The position numbers and the translations under genes were made by a program. A stretch of DNA of 64,000 nt from Chloroflexota bacterium (GTDB lineage Bacteria; Chloroflexota; UBA11872; UBA12225; JAJDUF01). The notes beneath the pieces are model-generated. The model saw only the letters and a program-made list of their open reading frames with translations. It did not search any database and was not told the DNA's origin. Shown here piece by piece: positions 10,120 through 18,698 of this stretch; the stretch's first letter is position 1; every line of letters starts with the position of its first letter. Location of the stretch: positions 2,973,255 to 3,037,254 of the forward strand of contig OZ250185.1 in the NCBI GenBank assembly GCA_965238265.1, read 5' to 3'.

Positions 10120-12633
10120 CTACGCTAACTGGCGCACCAACTCCGCATATTCGTCGGCCAGTATGCTCGCCTGCTGTGACGACGGCGCCTCGGTATAGAT
10201 TCGGAAGAGGGGCCGGTCCGGGTCCGGGAGCACCAGGCTCCATTGATCGTCCAGATCAAACCGTACACCGTCAATCTGCGCGACATCGCGATTGCGATTG
10301 TGCTCGCGTGCGCGCTGATGGAGGCCACGCATCACCTTCCCCTTCACTTCCCACGGACTTTCGACCTCGGCGTGACCCATGTGAAACGGCGGCAGCGAGG
10401 CGATGACCTCAGACAAGCTGACGCTCTCCTGCGTGAGGTGTTGCAGCAAGCGTACGCTGGCCATCATCGCGTCGAAGCCCGGATGGAACTCGGGAAAGAT
10501 ATAGCCGCCTTGACCATCACCGAGGAAGTCTGGTGGATCGGTCACCGCTCCGGTGGCCATGAGCGCGTCCGGTGTAGCACGGGTGCGGCGCACACGCCCC
10601 CCCAGCTCTTGGGCCAGGCGCTCGAAGATGAGCGGCGCCGTGACGGGTACGCCGACCGTTGCGCCGGGCATAGTGCGCCACACCAGCACGGCAAAGGCGG
10701 CCAGCGCGGTCATGCCGGCCAGCTTCTGCCCCTGCTCGTCTACCAGGGTAATGGACTTACCGTCATGGTCAAACAGGCCCCCAAAGGTGGGGCCGACGGT
10801 TGCGGTGATCTGGGCGAGCTGGCGGTGGTCGCGCTCAACGTCAGTCGGACTGCGCATGGTGAAGGGCTGGCCAGTGGCTGCATTGATCGGGATGGAATCC
10901 ACGCCCAGGGTTGCCAGCAATGGCTGCAAGATGGCTGATGCCGTGCCCAGACCATAGTCCAAGACCAGGCGACCATCACTTTGTCTGAGGACTTCTTGCT
11001 CGACGTGGCGGCGGAACGCCTCGCGGTAACGCAGCGCCACTGGATCGCCGATGACGGTGATACTGCCGATTTCTTCGGGTGGCACGCGCCGGAAGTCCTC
11101 GCGGAAGAAGACGGTCTCGATCTTGCGCTCGGCACTCTTCGCGCTGTTCAACCCGGCGCTATCGAGAATCTTGATGTCCACCATCCGGCGGTCGTGGGGT
11201 GAGGTGCGCACGTGAATGCCGCCGGCGACCGCGGAGTGCTGCGTCTCGTAGCGGGCGACCGGGATGGGCTGGCTGCCAATATCGAGCACGTCCACCGCTG
11301 CCGACGGCAACCCGGAAATGAGCGCCCGCTTCAACATGCGGGCGGGGCGGGAGAGATCGCGGTTGACGGTGACGCGGGCGCCGATGGGCAACGTAGAACC
11401 GTAGGCGGCGCCGAGGCGCGCCGCGAACTCCGGGACAAGCTCGACGTTGGACAGCCCGGTAACACCGGAGCTGCCGAAGATGGTACGGCGCCCCTGCTGA
11501 CCCCAGATGATGCTCTGGCTCACGGTGGCGCCGTCGTCCACCACCTTGTCCGGCCACAGCTTGACCTTCGGCCGGATGATCGCGCCCTCGCCCAGCGTAC
11601 ACCCGTCTCCGACGACGGCGCCCTCGAACACCGCAGCGCCGTTCTTGAGCAGGCACTGGCGGCCGATCAGCGCGCCGTGGAGATTCGTGCCGGCGCCGAG
11701 ATAGCAGTTGGCCCAGATCACCGAGCGATCAATGTGCGTTCGTGGCTCGACAATCGTATAGTCGCCGATGACGGTTGGCCCGTGGATCACCACATCCTCG
11801 CGGATTTCGACATGCTTGCCGAGGCACACCGGGCCATAGAGCCGGGCGCTAGGGGCAATGCTCGGTTTGCTGTCCGGGGTGATCCACAGATTGCGCTCCC
11901 GAACGACACCGGACACGTCGAGACCGGCCTGTCCACGGAGCATATCGGCATTGCTCCGCATGTATTCCCCAAGGTCGCCGATGTCCCGCCAGTACCCCTC
12001 GGCCACAAAGCCAACCATCGGATCGCCGTTCCGCAGGAGCTGCGGAAAGACATCCTGGCTCCAATCCACCATCTTGCCCTTGGGGACATAGCGGAAGATC
12101 GCCGGATCGAGGACATACATCCCCGTGTTGACCGTATCGCTAAAAACCTCGCCCCAGCTCGGCTTCTCCATGAACTGGGTCACTCGACTATCTTCACCGA
12201 GAATAACGACCCCATACTCCAACGGGTTGGGCACCCGATGGAGGACCAGGGTAGCCATCGCCTGCTGCTGCCGGTGGAAAGCTATCGGCGCCCGGAGGTC
12301 AAAATCGGTCAGTGCATCGCCGCTGATGACCAGGAAAGGCTCGGTCAGCAGGTCGGCTGCATTTCGCACGCTGCCGGCGGTGCCGAGGGGCGTTTCTTCG
12401 ATAGAGTAGGTAATCGAGACGCCGAAGTCCTGCCCCTCGCCGAAATAGTCCTGGATCAAGTTCCCGAGGTACTGAACTGTGACCACGATCTCGGTAATGC
12501 CGTGCCGCCGCAACAGCCCGAAAATGTGCTGTAGCACTGGCACGTTGAGGATCGGCACCAACGGTTTCGGACGGCCGAGGGTCAGGGGACGCAGCCGCGA
12601 TCCTTCGCCGCCGGCCATCACGACTGCCCTCAT
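10120..12633 (-). CDS. Bifunctional mannose-1-phosphate guanylyltransferase (NTP-transferase + left-handed beta-helix) fused to a phosphomannomutase/phosphoglucomutase domain
   Basis: The N-terminus [18 protein letters not shown] has the GGxGxRL nucleotidyltransferase motif. Hexapeptide repeats follow. The C-terminal half contains PGM/PMM motifs. Confidence 0.85.
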   Translation of the reverse strand: MRAVVMAGGEGSRLRPLTLGRPKPLVPILNVPVLQHIFGLLRRHGITEIVVTVQYLGNLIQDYFGEGQDFGVSITYSIEETPLGTAGSVRNAADLLTEPFLVISGDALTDFDLRAPIAFHRQQQAMATLVLHRVPNPLEYGVVILGEDSRVTQFMEKPSWGEVFSDTVNTGMYVLDPAIFRYVPKGKMVDWSQDVFPQLLRNGDPMVGFVAEGYWRDIGDLGEYMRSNADMLRGQAGLDVSGVVRERNLWITPDSKPSIAPSARLYGPVCLGKHVEIREDVVIHGPTVIGDYTIVEPRTHIDRSVIWANCYLGAGTNLHGALIGRQCLLKNGAAVFEGAVVGDGCTLGEGAIIRPKVKLWPDKVVDDGATVSQSIIWGQQGRRTIFGSSGVTGLSNVELVPEFAARLGAAYGSTLPIGARVTVNRDLSRPARMLKRALISGLPSAAVDVLDIGSQPIPVARYETQHSAVAGGIHVRTSPHDRRMVDIKILDSAGLNSAKSAERKIETVFFREDFRRVPPEEIGSITVIGDPVALRYREAFRRHVEQEVLRQSDGRLVLDYGLGTASAILQPLLATLGVDSIPINAATGQPFTMRSPTDVERDHRQLAQITATVGPTFGGLFDHDGKSITLVDEQGQKLAGMTALAAFAVLVWRTMPGATVGVPVTAPLIFERLAQELGGRVRRTRATPDALMATGAVTDPPDFLGDGQGGYIFPEFHPGFDAMMASVRLLQHLTQESVSLSEVIASLPPFHMGHAEVESPWEVKGKVMRGLHQRAREHNRNRDVAQIDGVRFDLDDQWSLVLPDPDRPLFRIYTEAPSSQQASILADEYAELVRQLA

Positions 12634-12841
12634 GGCTCCCCCCGTGGGTTCAGACCGTCCTGTGCCTAAAGTGACGTGTTGCTAGCCTAACATGGTACCC
12701 CGAAGTCCCTGGTTGGGCAATGAAACTCGGCTGTTGGCATACGCGGCGCTACACGACTGTCACACACTCGGCGTTACGCTGCCGGGCATCCCGCAGAGAC
12801 GCGCCGGGGGTGGCGCGTTTCCTGTGGTACAGTCTGCCGCA

Positions 12842-13180
12842 GTGAACGAGCACGGCGATACCTCGGAGCGTAGCGAACAACTGGGCGTGGTTGTCCAGCG
12901 TTTGGTGGCCGCGCTCCGGCCGGAACGGATTTACCTGTTCGGCTCGCGCGCCCGGGGCGATGCCGACCAAGACAGCGACTTTGACCTCCTCGTCGTGGTG
13001 CCGGAAGTCATCGGATCGCCCTACCGCCTCCACCAGCAAGCCCTCGGCGTGCTATGGGGGCTGGGGGCGCCAGTGGACGTGCTGGTGGTGAGCCGAGAAC
13101 GCTTCGAGCGGCAGCGTGGGGTGGTCGCTTCGCTGCCGGCAACCGTCGAGCGCGAGGGACGCCTGCTCTATGCCGCCTGA
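12842..13180 (+). CDS. Minimal nucleotidyltransferase (MNT/MntA-like, pol-beta superfamily); the ORF track extends it to 12692 but the likely start is GTG at 12842
   Basis: LFGSRARGDADQDSDFDLLVVV is the classic GS-x9-DxD NTase motif of HEPN/MNT antitoxin-type proteins. No HEPN partner is adjacent. Confidence 0.7.
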   Translation: MNEHGDTSERSEQLGVVVQRLVAALRPERIYLFGSRARGDADQDSDFDLLVVVPEVIGSPYRLHQQALGVLWGLGAPVDVLVVSRERFERQRGVVASLPATVEREGRLLYAA

Positions 13181-13196
13181 CGATCCCAAGGCAGAG

Positions 13197-14423
13197 CTAG
13201 AGCGCCCGCTGCTCGGCGGCGCTGCGGCCGGCCAGCAGTGCGGCGCCGAGGCCGAGCACAGTGGCCAAGACGCCTACCAGCCAGCCGACAAAGGGGATGG
13301 CCTCCAGCAAGGCGAGCACGATCAGTCCGACCACCAGCGCCAAGAAGCCGGCCGGCCGGTCACCTGAGCTGAGGCGCCCCATAATCATGCCCCCGACGAG
13401 TAAGGCCACGAACACCGGGCTGATATAGAGCGCCAGCGCAAAGAGGCCCAGCGCGGCGAGCGGCAACGGTATCACGGCGAAGACGCCGCCGGCGCCGAAG
13501 ATCAGTGCGAAGATCAGCAGCACGATGCCCCCCACGACGACAATCGCCGGCACCGTGGCAATGCCGACAATCACACCCATCAGCAGGCTGGCTCCCAACC
13601 GCTGCCGCAGTTGGGTTACGGTGCGGTCCATCCAAACTCGGGCCGTGGCGAGGAGCAAGAGGCCGAGCAGCGCCAGCACAACGATCCGCGCCACGCTCCC
13701 GTGGACCGTATCGCGGGCGGCCTCGCCGGCATCGGCCGAGAAGTCGGCCCGCGGTGCCTCGCGCAACACCTGCCCCGTCACGACGCCGGCAGCAAGCTGC
13801 GCTTCATTGGCGCTGCGGTACCGCAGATCGCCATTGATCCGCGCACTCGGCTCGACCACCAGGTTGCTGACCTCGACATCTACGCCCTCACCGACGGCAG
13901 CTGCCAGGCGCAGCGTATCGGCGACACCCAGCACACGCCGCTCGACATCGCCGTTGAGTGTGACCTCCCCGGCGGCGACTAAGAAGTCCCCACCGACACT
14001 ACCGGCGCCTGTGACCTCGACAGTCTGGCCCAAGGCGAACACATCGCGGCCCACGGGGGCGGCAATGATGATCTCCTGTCCGGCGGCGCGGACCCCGCGT
14101 TCAATCGGTCCTTCGATCCGAATGGTCGTACCGACGGCATTCACGCTGCCGTTGATCGTCCCGCGAATGGTGACGGTTGTCCCGGCGGCGAACACATCTC
14201 CGTTGACGGTGCCTTCAATGATGATCGTCTGCCCGGCGACGAACAGGTCCCCGTCTATGGTTTCGTTGGCGCCGATCCGAACCGTGTCTTCATCGGCGCG
14301 AAACTCGGCTGCGTCCACCGGCGATACAAAGAGCACGAGCGCGAGCAGCCCCAGCACGATAGCGACGCATGGGAGCATCATCGGCCGCTGCCATCGCAAA
14401 TTGTGATTCATGTTGTCCCTCAT
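13197..14423 (-). CDS. Polymer-forming (bactofilin/CcmA-like beta-helix repeat) protein with signal/TM anchor and a C-terminal multi-TM domain
   Basis: The N-terminal TM segment is followed by repeated (I/V)xGxVNGDV beta-helical units (TVNGDVFAAG..., TINGSVNAVG...). The C-terminal 150 aa are highly hydrophobic. Confidence 0.6.
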   Translation of the reverse strand: MRDNMNHNLRWQRPMMLPCVAIVLGLLALVLFVSPVDAAEFRADEDTVRIGANETIDGDLFVAGQTIIIEGTVNGDVFAAGTTVTIRGTINGSVNAVGTTIRIEGPIERGVRAAGQEIIIAAPVGRDVFALGQTVEVTGAGSVGGDFLVAAGEVTLNGDVERRVLGVADTLRLAAAVGEGVDVEVSNLVVEPSARINGDLRYRSANEAQLAAGVVTGQVLREAPRADFSADAGEAARDTVHGSVARIVVLALLGLLLLATARVWMDRTVTQLRQRLGASLLMGVIVGIATVPAIVVVGGIVLLIFALIFGAGGVFAVIPLPLAALGLFALALYISPVFVALLVGGMIMGRLSSGDRPAGFLALVVGLIVLALLEAIPFVGWLVGVLATVLGLGAALLAGRSAAEQRAL

Positions 14424-14602
14424 CTGCTTGAGGGCGTTGAACTATAACACCATGGCGCAATCTGCCGTGATCGGCCCCCCTATGGCCCCCCCCCCCGCTG
14501 CGGCAGGAAGACGGCACAGGGGCAGCCGCTGTGCAGGGGGATGGTAGTTCCCTCCCCTGTCGCAACGGGGGAGGGTTAGGGTGGGGGCCATACCCTCCCG
14601 CC

Positions 14603-14818
14603 TCACCCCGGCTCACCTCCGGCCGGCGGGGGAGCGGCGATGGCGAGCCAGACGGTGCCCGCACCCGCGAACAGCAACCCCATGCCCGCTGTGACGGCCG
14701 CCCCCCCGCGGCCGACGGCCAGGATAGCCACGCCTCCAGCCACCGCCAGCAGCCCGACAACGGCGCACAGCCAGCGCGTGCGTTGGCCGAGCGTGATGTC
14801 CGGTTCAGAGGTGTCCAT
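14603..14818 (-). CDS. Small two-TM membrane protein (hypothetical)
   Basis: 71-aa ORF with good GC3 codon bias and two hydrophobic helices. No homology assignable. Confidence 0.3.
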   Translation of the reverse strand: MDTSEPDITLGQRTRWLCAVVGLLAVAGGVAILAVGRGGAAVTAGMGLLFAGAGTVWLAIAAPPPAGGEPG

Positions 14819-14854
14819 GCTGATCCATAACAGGAGGACTACTGCCTCTCCTCG

Positions 14855-15979
14855 CTACTGTTCATCAAGCCAGACCGGCTGGGTGAACAGCCGCCGCCCG
14901 TCGTCGTCTACGGCCTCGATCCGCACGTAGCGCTCCGCCGCGGGCGCCCGGAAGTGCCCGGCTACTGCATACACGGAATGCAAGGTACGGCCCTCGGCGC
15001 CGATGAAGTGCAGCTCCTGCGCCTCAGTGACGGCGGCCGTAATCTCCCGGCCGTCGCGCCGCACGTGACTCAGCCGCGCGCGGCAGCCCGATTCGAGAGC
15101 GTAGCACGCGCCCCGACGCAGCCCCGCCACGACGGCTGCGGCCGTGAGCGCCGCGGCCTGCACCAGCGTCGCGCCATAGCGCCCGATGTTCGCCACTTCA
15201 TGCGCGTCGTTGGTCAGGACGCCGTAGACCCGCTGCCCCCGGCTCAAGACGGCATCCCAGAGACCGAGACTGTCCGAGATACCGTGGTTGCGGGGGTTCA
15301 GCTCCAGGTGCGTCGCGCCATGCCCGATGGCCGCAATCACGTCGGCCTCCGACCAGTGCCGCTCCGGCGCCCCGGCCAGCGGATGGTTGACCACGATGAT
15401 CGGGGGACAGGCGAGCCGGCGTAGCTGCGCGAAGGTAGCCCACGTTGGGGCGCTTTTCCCGACGGGCGTTCGCAGGGGAAAGGCGCCCACGTGGACGGGC
15501 TTCCCGGTGGTCTCGGCTGGCCCGTTCGCCGGGGCGCCGGGGATGGTCAGGCTCATCTCCGAGCCACCGATGAGCAGCAGCGGCCGGTCCGCTCCCGCCC
15601 GGGCCGGGGCAGCGTGGCAAAGACCATCCGGCCCGCAGTACGGCGCCCGCTGGTGGACGGCATCGTGCTCGGTGCTGACGCAGAAATCGTAGCGCCGATG
15701 CCGGTAGGTCGCCAGCATCTCCGGCATCGTGCTCCGTTCGCAGTGGAAGTGCAACTCGCCTTTGTACCAGCGCCGGGCGGCGCCATGGGTTGACGCGCTC
15801 ATCGGCGTAGACACCGGTCCCACGGACCCGACCGGGGCCAGAGTGCGGTCCTGCGATATTGCATCGAGCACTGTACCTGGTGCGATGATTGCGCCGCAGC
15901 GCGGCACGTTGCCAAGGAGTATGCCAGGAGGTCTCCTGGAGGCGCTGTAGCCGGCACCTTCAGGGAAGCGGCCGGTCAT
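14855..15979 (-). CDS. PHP-domain metal-dependent phosphoesterase (CehA/McbA-like); start probably internal (around MSASTHG...)
   Basis: WYKGELHFH...STEHD matches the PHP His/Asp metal motifs. The N-terminal 60 aa of the ORF are likely not translated. Confidence 0.65.
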   Translation of the reverse strand: MTGRFPEGAGYSASRRPPGILLGNVPRCGAIIAPGTVLDAISQDRTLAPVGSVGPVSTPMSASTHGAARRWYKGELHFHCERSTMPEMLATYRHRRYDFCVSTEHDAVHQRAPYCGPDGLCHAAPARAGADRPLLLIGGSEMSLTIPGAPANGPAETTGKPVHVGAFPLRTPVGKSAPTWATFAQLRRLACPPIIVVNHPLAGAPERHWSEADVIAAIGHGATHLELNPRNHGISDSLGLWDAVLSRGQRVYGVLTNDAHEVANIGRYGATLVQAAALTAAAVVAGLRRGACYALESGCRARLSHVRRDGREITAAVTEAQELHFIGAEGRTLHSVYAVAGHFRAPAAERYVRIEAVDDDGRRLFTQPVWLDEQ

Positions 15980-16093
15980 GGCCTCCTGCTCTGCAGGGGG
16001 ACGGTGTTTCCCTCCCCTGTCGCAACGGTAGATGGTCAGGGTGGGGGCCGGTCAGCGGAACAGGCGATATACTACAGAGACTAGGGAGCTGCC

Positions 16094-17260
16094 ATGCGAA
16101 TCATCCTCTACACCGGCAAGGGCGGCGTCGGCAAGACGAGCGTGGCCGCCGCGACCGCCGTGCAGTGCGCCGCCCAGGGTCTGCGGACCATTGTGCTCAG
16201 TACCGACCCGGCGCACAGCCTGGCAGATTCGTTCGATCTGCCGCTTGGCGCCGAGCCGGTCGAGATTGTGCCCTGTCTCTGGGGACAAGAGACGGACATC
16301 TTTCACAACATGCAGCTCTATTGGGGCACCATTCAGGAGTGGCTCCACTCGCTGTTCACCTGGCGCGGTCTCAATGATGTGGTTTCGGAAGAGATTGCCG
16401 TCCTCCCGGGCATGGAGGAGCTGGCCAGCCTGCTGTGGATCAACGAGCACCACAGTAGTGGCCACTACGACATTATTATCGTTGACTGCGCTCCGACCGC
16501 CGAAACGCTGCGTCTGCTGACGTTCCCGGAGGTGGGGCGCTGGTGGCTGGAAAAAATCTTGCCCTTGGAGCGCCAGATAGCCAAGGTGGTGCGCCCGATC
16601 CTGCGCCCGATGACCGGTATCCCGATACCGGATGAGCCGGTGTTCGACGCGGTAGAAGACCTGTTCCGCCGACTGGAGAAGCTCCACGATCTGCTGGTCG
16701 GTCCTGATGCCAGCATGCGGTTGGTGCTCAACCCGGAGAAGATGGTCATCAAGGAGGCGCAACGCACGCTCACGCAGCTCAATCTGTACGAGTATCAGAC
16801 CGACCTGATCGTCTGCAATCGCGTGCTCCCTCAGGGGGCACAGGAGGGCTACTTCAGCACGTGGCTGGAGACCCAGCAACGCCACTTGGCAGACATCGCC
16901 GACGGCTTCGCGCCGATCCCCCTGCTCACGATCCCGTGGTTCCAGGAAGAGGTGGTGGGCTTGGAGCGCCTGCGGCAGATGGGGCAAGTCCTCTTTGCCG
17001 ACAAAGACCCCGCGGCCAAGCACTTCGAGGGCCGCTCCCACGTCGTCCGGCGCGATGGCAATACCTACACGCTCCGGCTGCCCTTGCCGCTGGCTACCAA
17101 AGAACAGGTCGGCCTGCTGCGTACCGGCGAGGAATTGGTCGTGCGTATCGGCAGCGTGCGGCGCAACATCGTCCTGCCCTACGCCCTCGCGCAGCAAGAC
17201 ATCACCGGCGCCCGGTTCGAGGGCGATACCCTGGTGATCGCCTTCGACGGGAAGCGATGA
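16094..17260 (+). CDS. ArsA/GET3-family anion-transporting-type ATPase
   Basis: Deviant Walker A YTGKGGVGKTSVAAA, the TDPAHSL motif, and the typical ArsA fold length. Confidence 0.85.
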   Translation: MRIILYTGKGGVGKTSVAAATAVQCAAQGLRTIVLSTDPAHSLADSFDLPLGAEPVEIVPCLWGQETDIFHNMQLYWGTIQEWLHSLFTWRGLNDVVSEEIAVLPGMEELASLLWINEHHSSGHYDIIIVDCAPTAETLRLLTFPEVGRWWLEKILPLERQIAKVVRPILRPMTGIPIPDEPVFDAVEDLFRRLEKLHDLLVGPDASMRLVLNPEKMVIKEAQRTLTQLNLYEYQTDLIVCNRVLPQGAQEGYFSTWLETQQRHLADIADGFAPIPLLTIPWFQEEVVGLERLRQMGQVLFADKDPAAKHFEGRSHVVRRDGNTYTLRLPLPLATKEQVGLLRTGEELVVRIGSVRRNIVLPYALAQQDITGARFEGDTLVIAFDGKR

Positions 17261-17418
17261 CGAGCGTGCTCGGCGGGCCGGGGCAACTGCGCCTCACCCC
17301 CCGGCCCCCTCTCCATAGCCAAGCGATAGAGAGGGGGAGTCTGCCGCGCCGCCCGGAGCACCAGGCAGCGCACCCTCCTTGTGCTCTCCGTGGCTAAAAA
17401 AACTACCCCTGGGGGCTA

Positions 17419-18555
17419 CTACCACCCGGACCAGCTACCGTCCTCGTGTCGGTATTGGCGGATGGGCATCCGTTGTGGCGGCAGCGCGGCCAGCGCCGCG
17501 GCGTCTACCTCTACCCCCAGGCCCGGCTGACCGGATAGCCGGAAATACCCCTCCACCACCTCATAGGGATATGGCTCCCGCAAGATCGAGAAAAACTCGC
17601 GGTAGTTGCCACCACCTTCCTGGATCAAGAAGTTGTGGATGGCGGCGTCCACGTGCAGCGCCGCGGCGGTCCCCACCGGGCCGTTGGCATTGTGTGGCGC
17701 AATCCACAACTGATACAGCTCCGCCAATTCGGCGATCCGGCGCAGGCCCGTGATCCCGTAGGCGTGACACACATCGGGCTGGAGAATAGCGGCCGCGCGG
17801 GCGTCGCAGAGATTGCGGAACTCGGTCAGCGCCATCAGCTTCTCGCCGGTAGCGATAGGCACCGGACTCTGCTGGGCTACTTCTACGAGCGCCCCAATGT
17901 CGCCCCATTGGGTTGGCTCTTCGAGGAACAGCGGCCGGTAAGGGGCAATCGCCGCGGCCAGCGCCACGGCCAGGAGCGGTGTGGGGCTGCCGTGGGCGTC
18001 CAGCAGCAAGTCCACGTGCGGCCCGGCGGCGGCCCGCAGCGCCGCGAGCACCGCCACCGTCTCGTCAATCGCCCGCCGGTCCCACGGCCAGCGCCGCTGC
18101 TCGGCGGGATTGGCCTTCAGCGCCGTCAGCCCTTGCGCGGTCCAGTGTCGTGCCTGGCGGACGGCCTCATCCACGTCGAGGAAGGTGTAGCTGGCATAAG
18201 CCCGCATCTTCCGGCGTCGCGCGCCACCGAGCAGCTCATACACCGGCGCCCCACGCGCCTTGCCGACAATATCCCAGAGGGCAATGTCAATGGCGGAGAG
18301 GGCGCTACCGAGAATCGGGCCGCCCTTCCAGGGGAAGCGCCGGGCGAGGTCGTCAACCAGGCGGAGGTTGTCCAGCGGGTTGCGGCCGAGCAGCAGTTCC
18401 CGATAGTTGTGGATGGCGGCAGCAACCACGTCCTCCATCCACTCCATGCTGCCCTCGCCCCAGCCATGAATACCCGCATCGGTCTCGATCTTCAGCAGCA
18501 GCGCGTTGCGGGTACCGCGCCAAAAGGTGTACGTCTGCAAGCGGGTAATCTTCAT
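17419..18555 (-). CDS. Enolase-superfamily dehydratase (mandelate racemase/muconate lactonizing family; D-galactonate/D-mannonate dehydratase-like)
   Basis: MKITRLQTY...HGWGEG is the MR/MLE N-terminal capping domain. A KxK/Asp/Glu metal-ligand pattern lies in the barrel. The ORF track starts at 18648, but MKITRL at 18555 is the probable start. Confidence 0.8.
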   Translation of the reverse strand: MKITRLQTYTFWRGTRNALLLKIETDAGIHGWGEGSMEWMEDVVAAAIHNYRELLLGRNPLDNLRLVDDLARRFPWKGGPILGSALSAIDIALWDIVGKARGAPVYELLGGARRRKMRAYASYTFLDVDEAVRQARHWTAQGLTALKANPAEQRRWPWDRRAIDETVAVLAALRAAAGPHVDLLLDAHGSPTPLLAVALAAAIAPYRPLFLEEPTQWGDIGALVEVAQQSPVPIATGEKLMALTEFRNLCDARAAAILQPDVCHAYGITGLRRIAELAELYQLWIAPHNANGPVGTAAALHVDAAIHNFLIQEGGGNYREFFSILREPYPYEVVEGYFRLSGQPGLGVEVDAAALAALPPQRMPIRQYRHEDGSWSGW

Positions 18556-18698
18556 CGCGCCTCCCCAGCCCCGGCGATATAGCCTGGATAATACCCCAAG
18601 GGCAGGACCCCAGCGGCGCTTAGGGAGGGCGCCCCTTTCCTGCCTCACCCCCGGAGCCAGGGAGTCCGCCGGAGGCAGGCGGGGGTGAGGTGTGGCCC

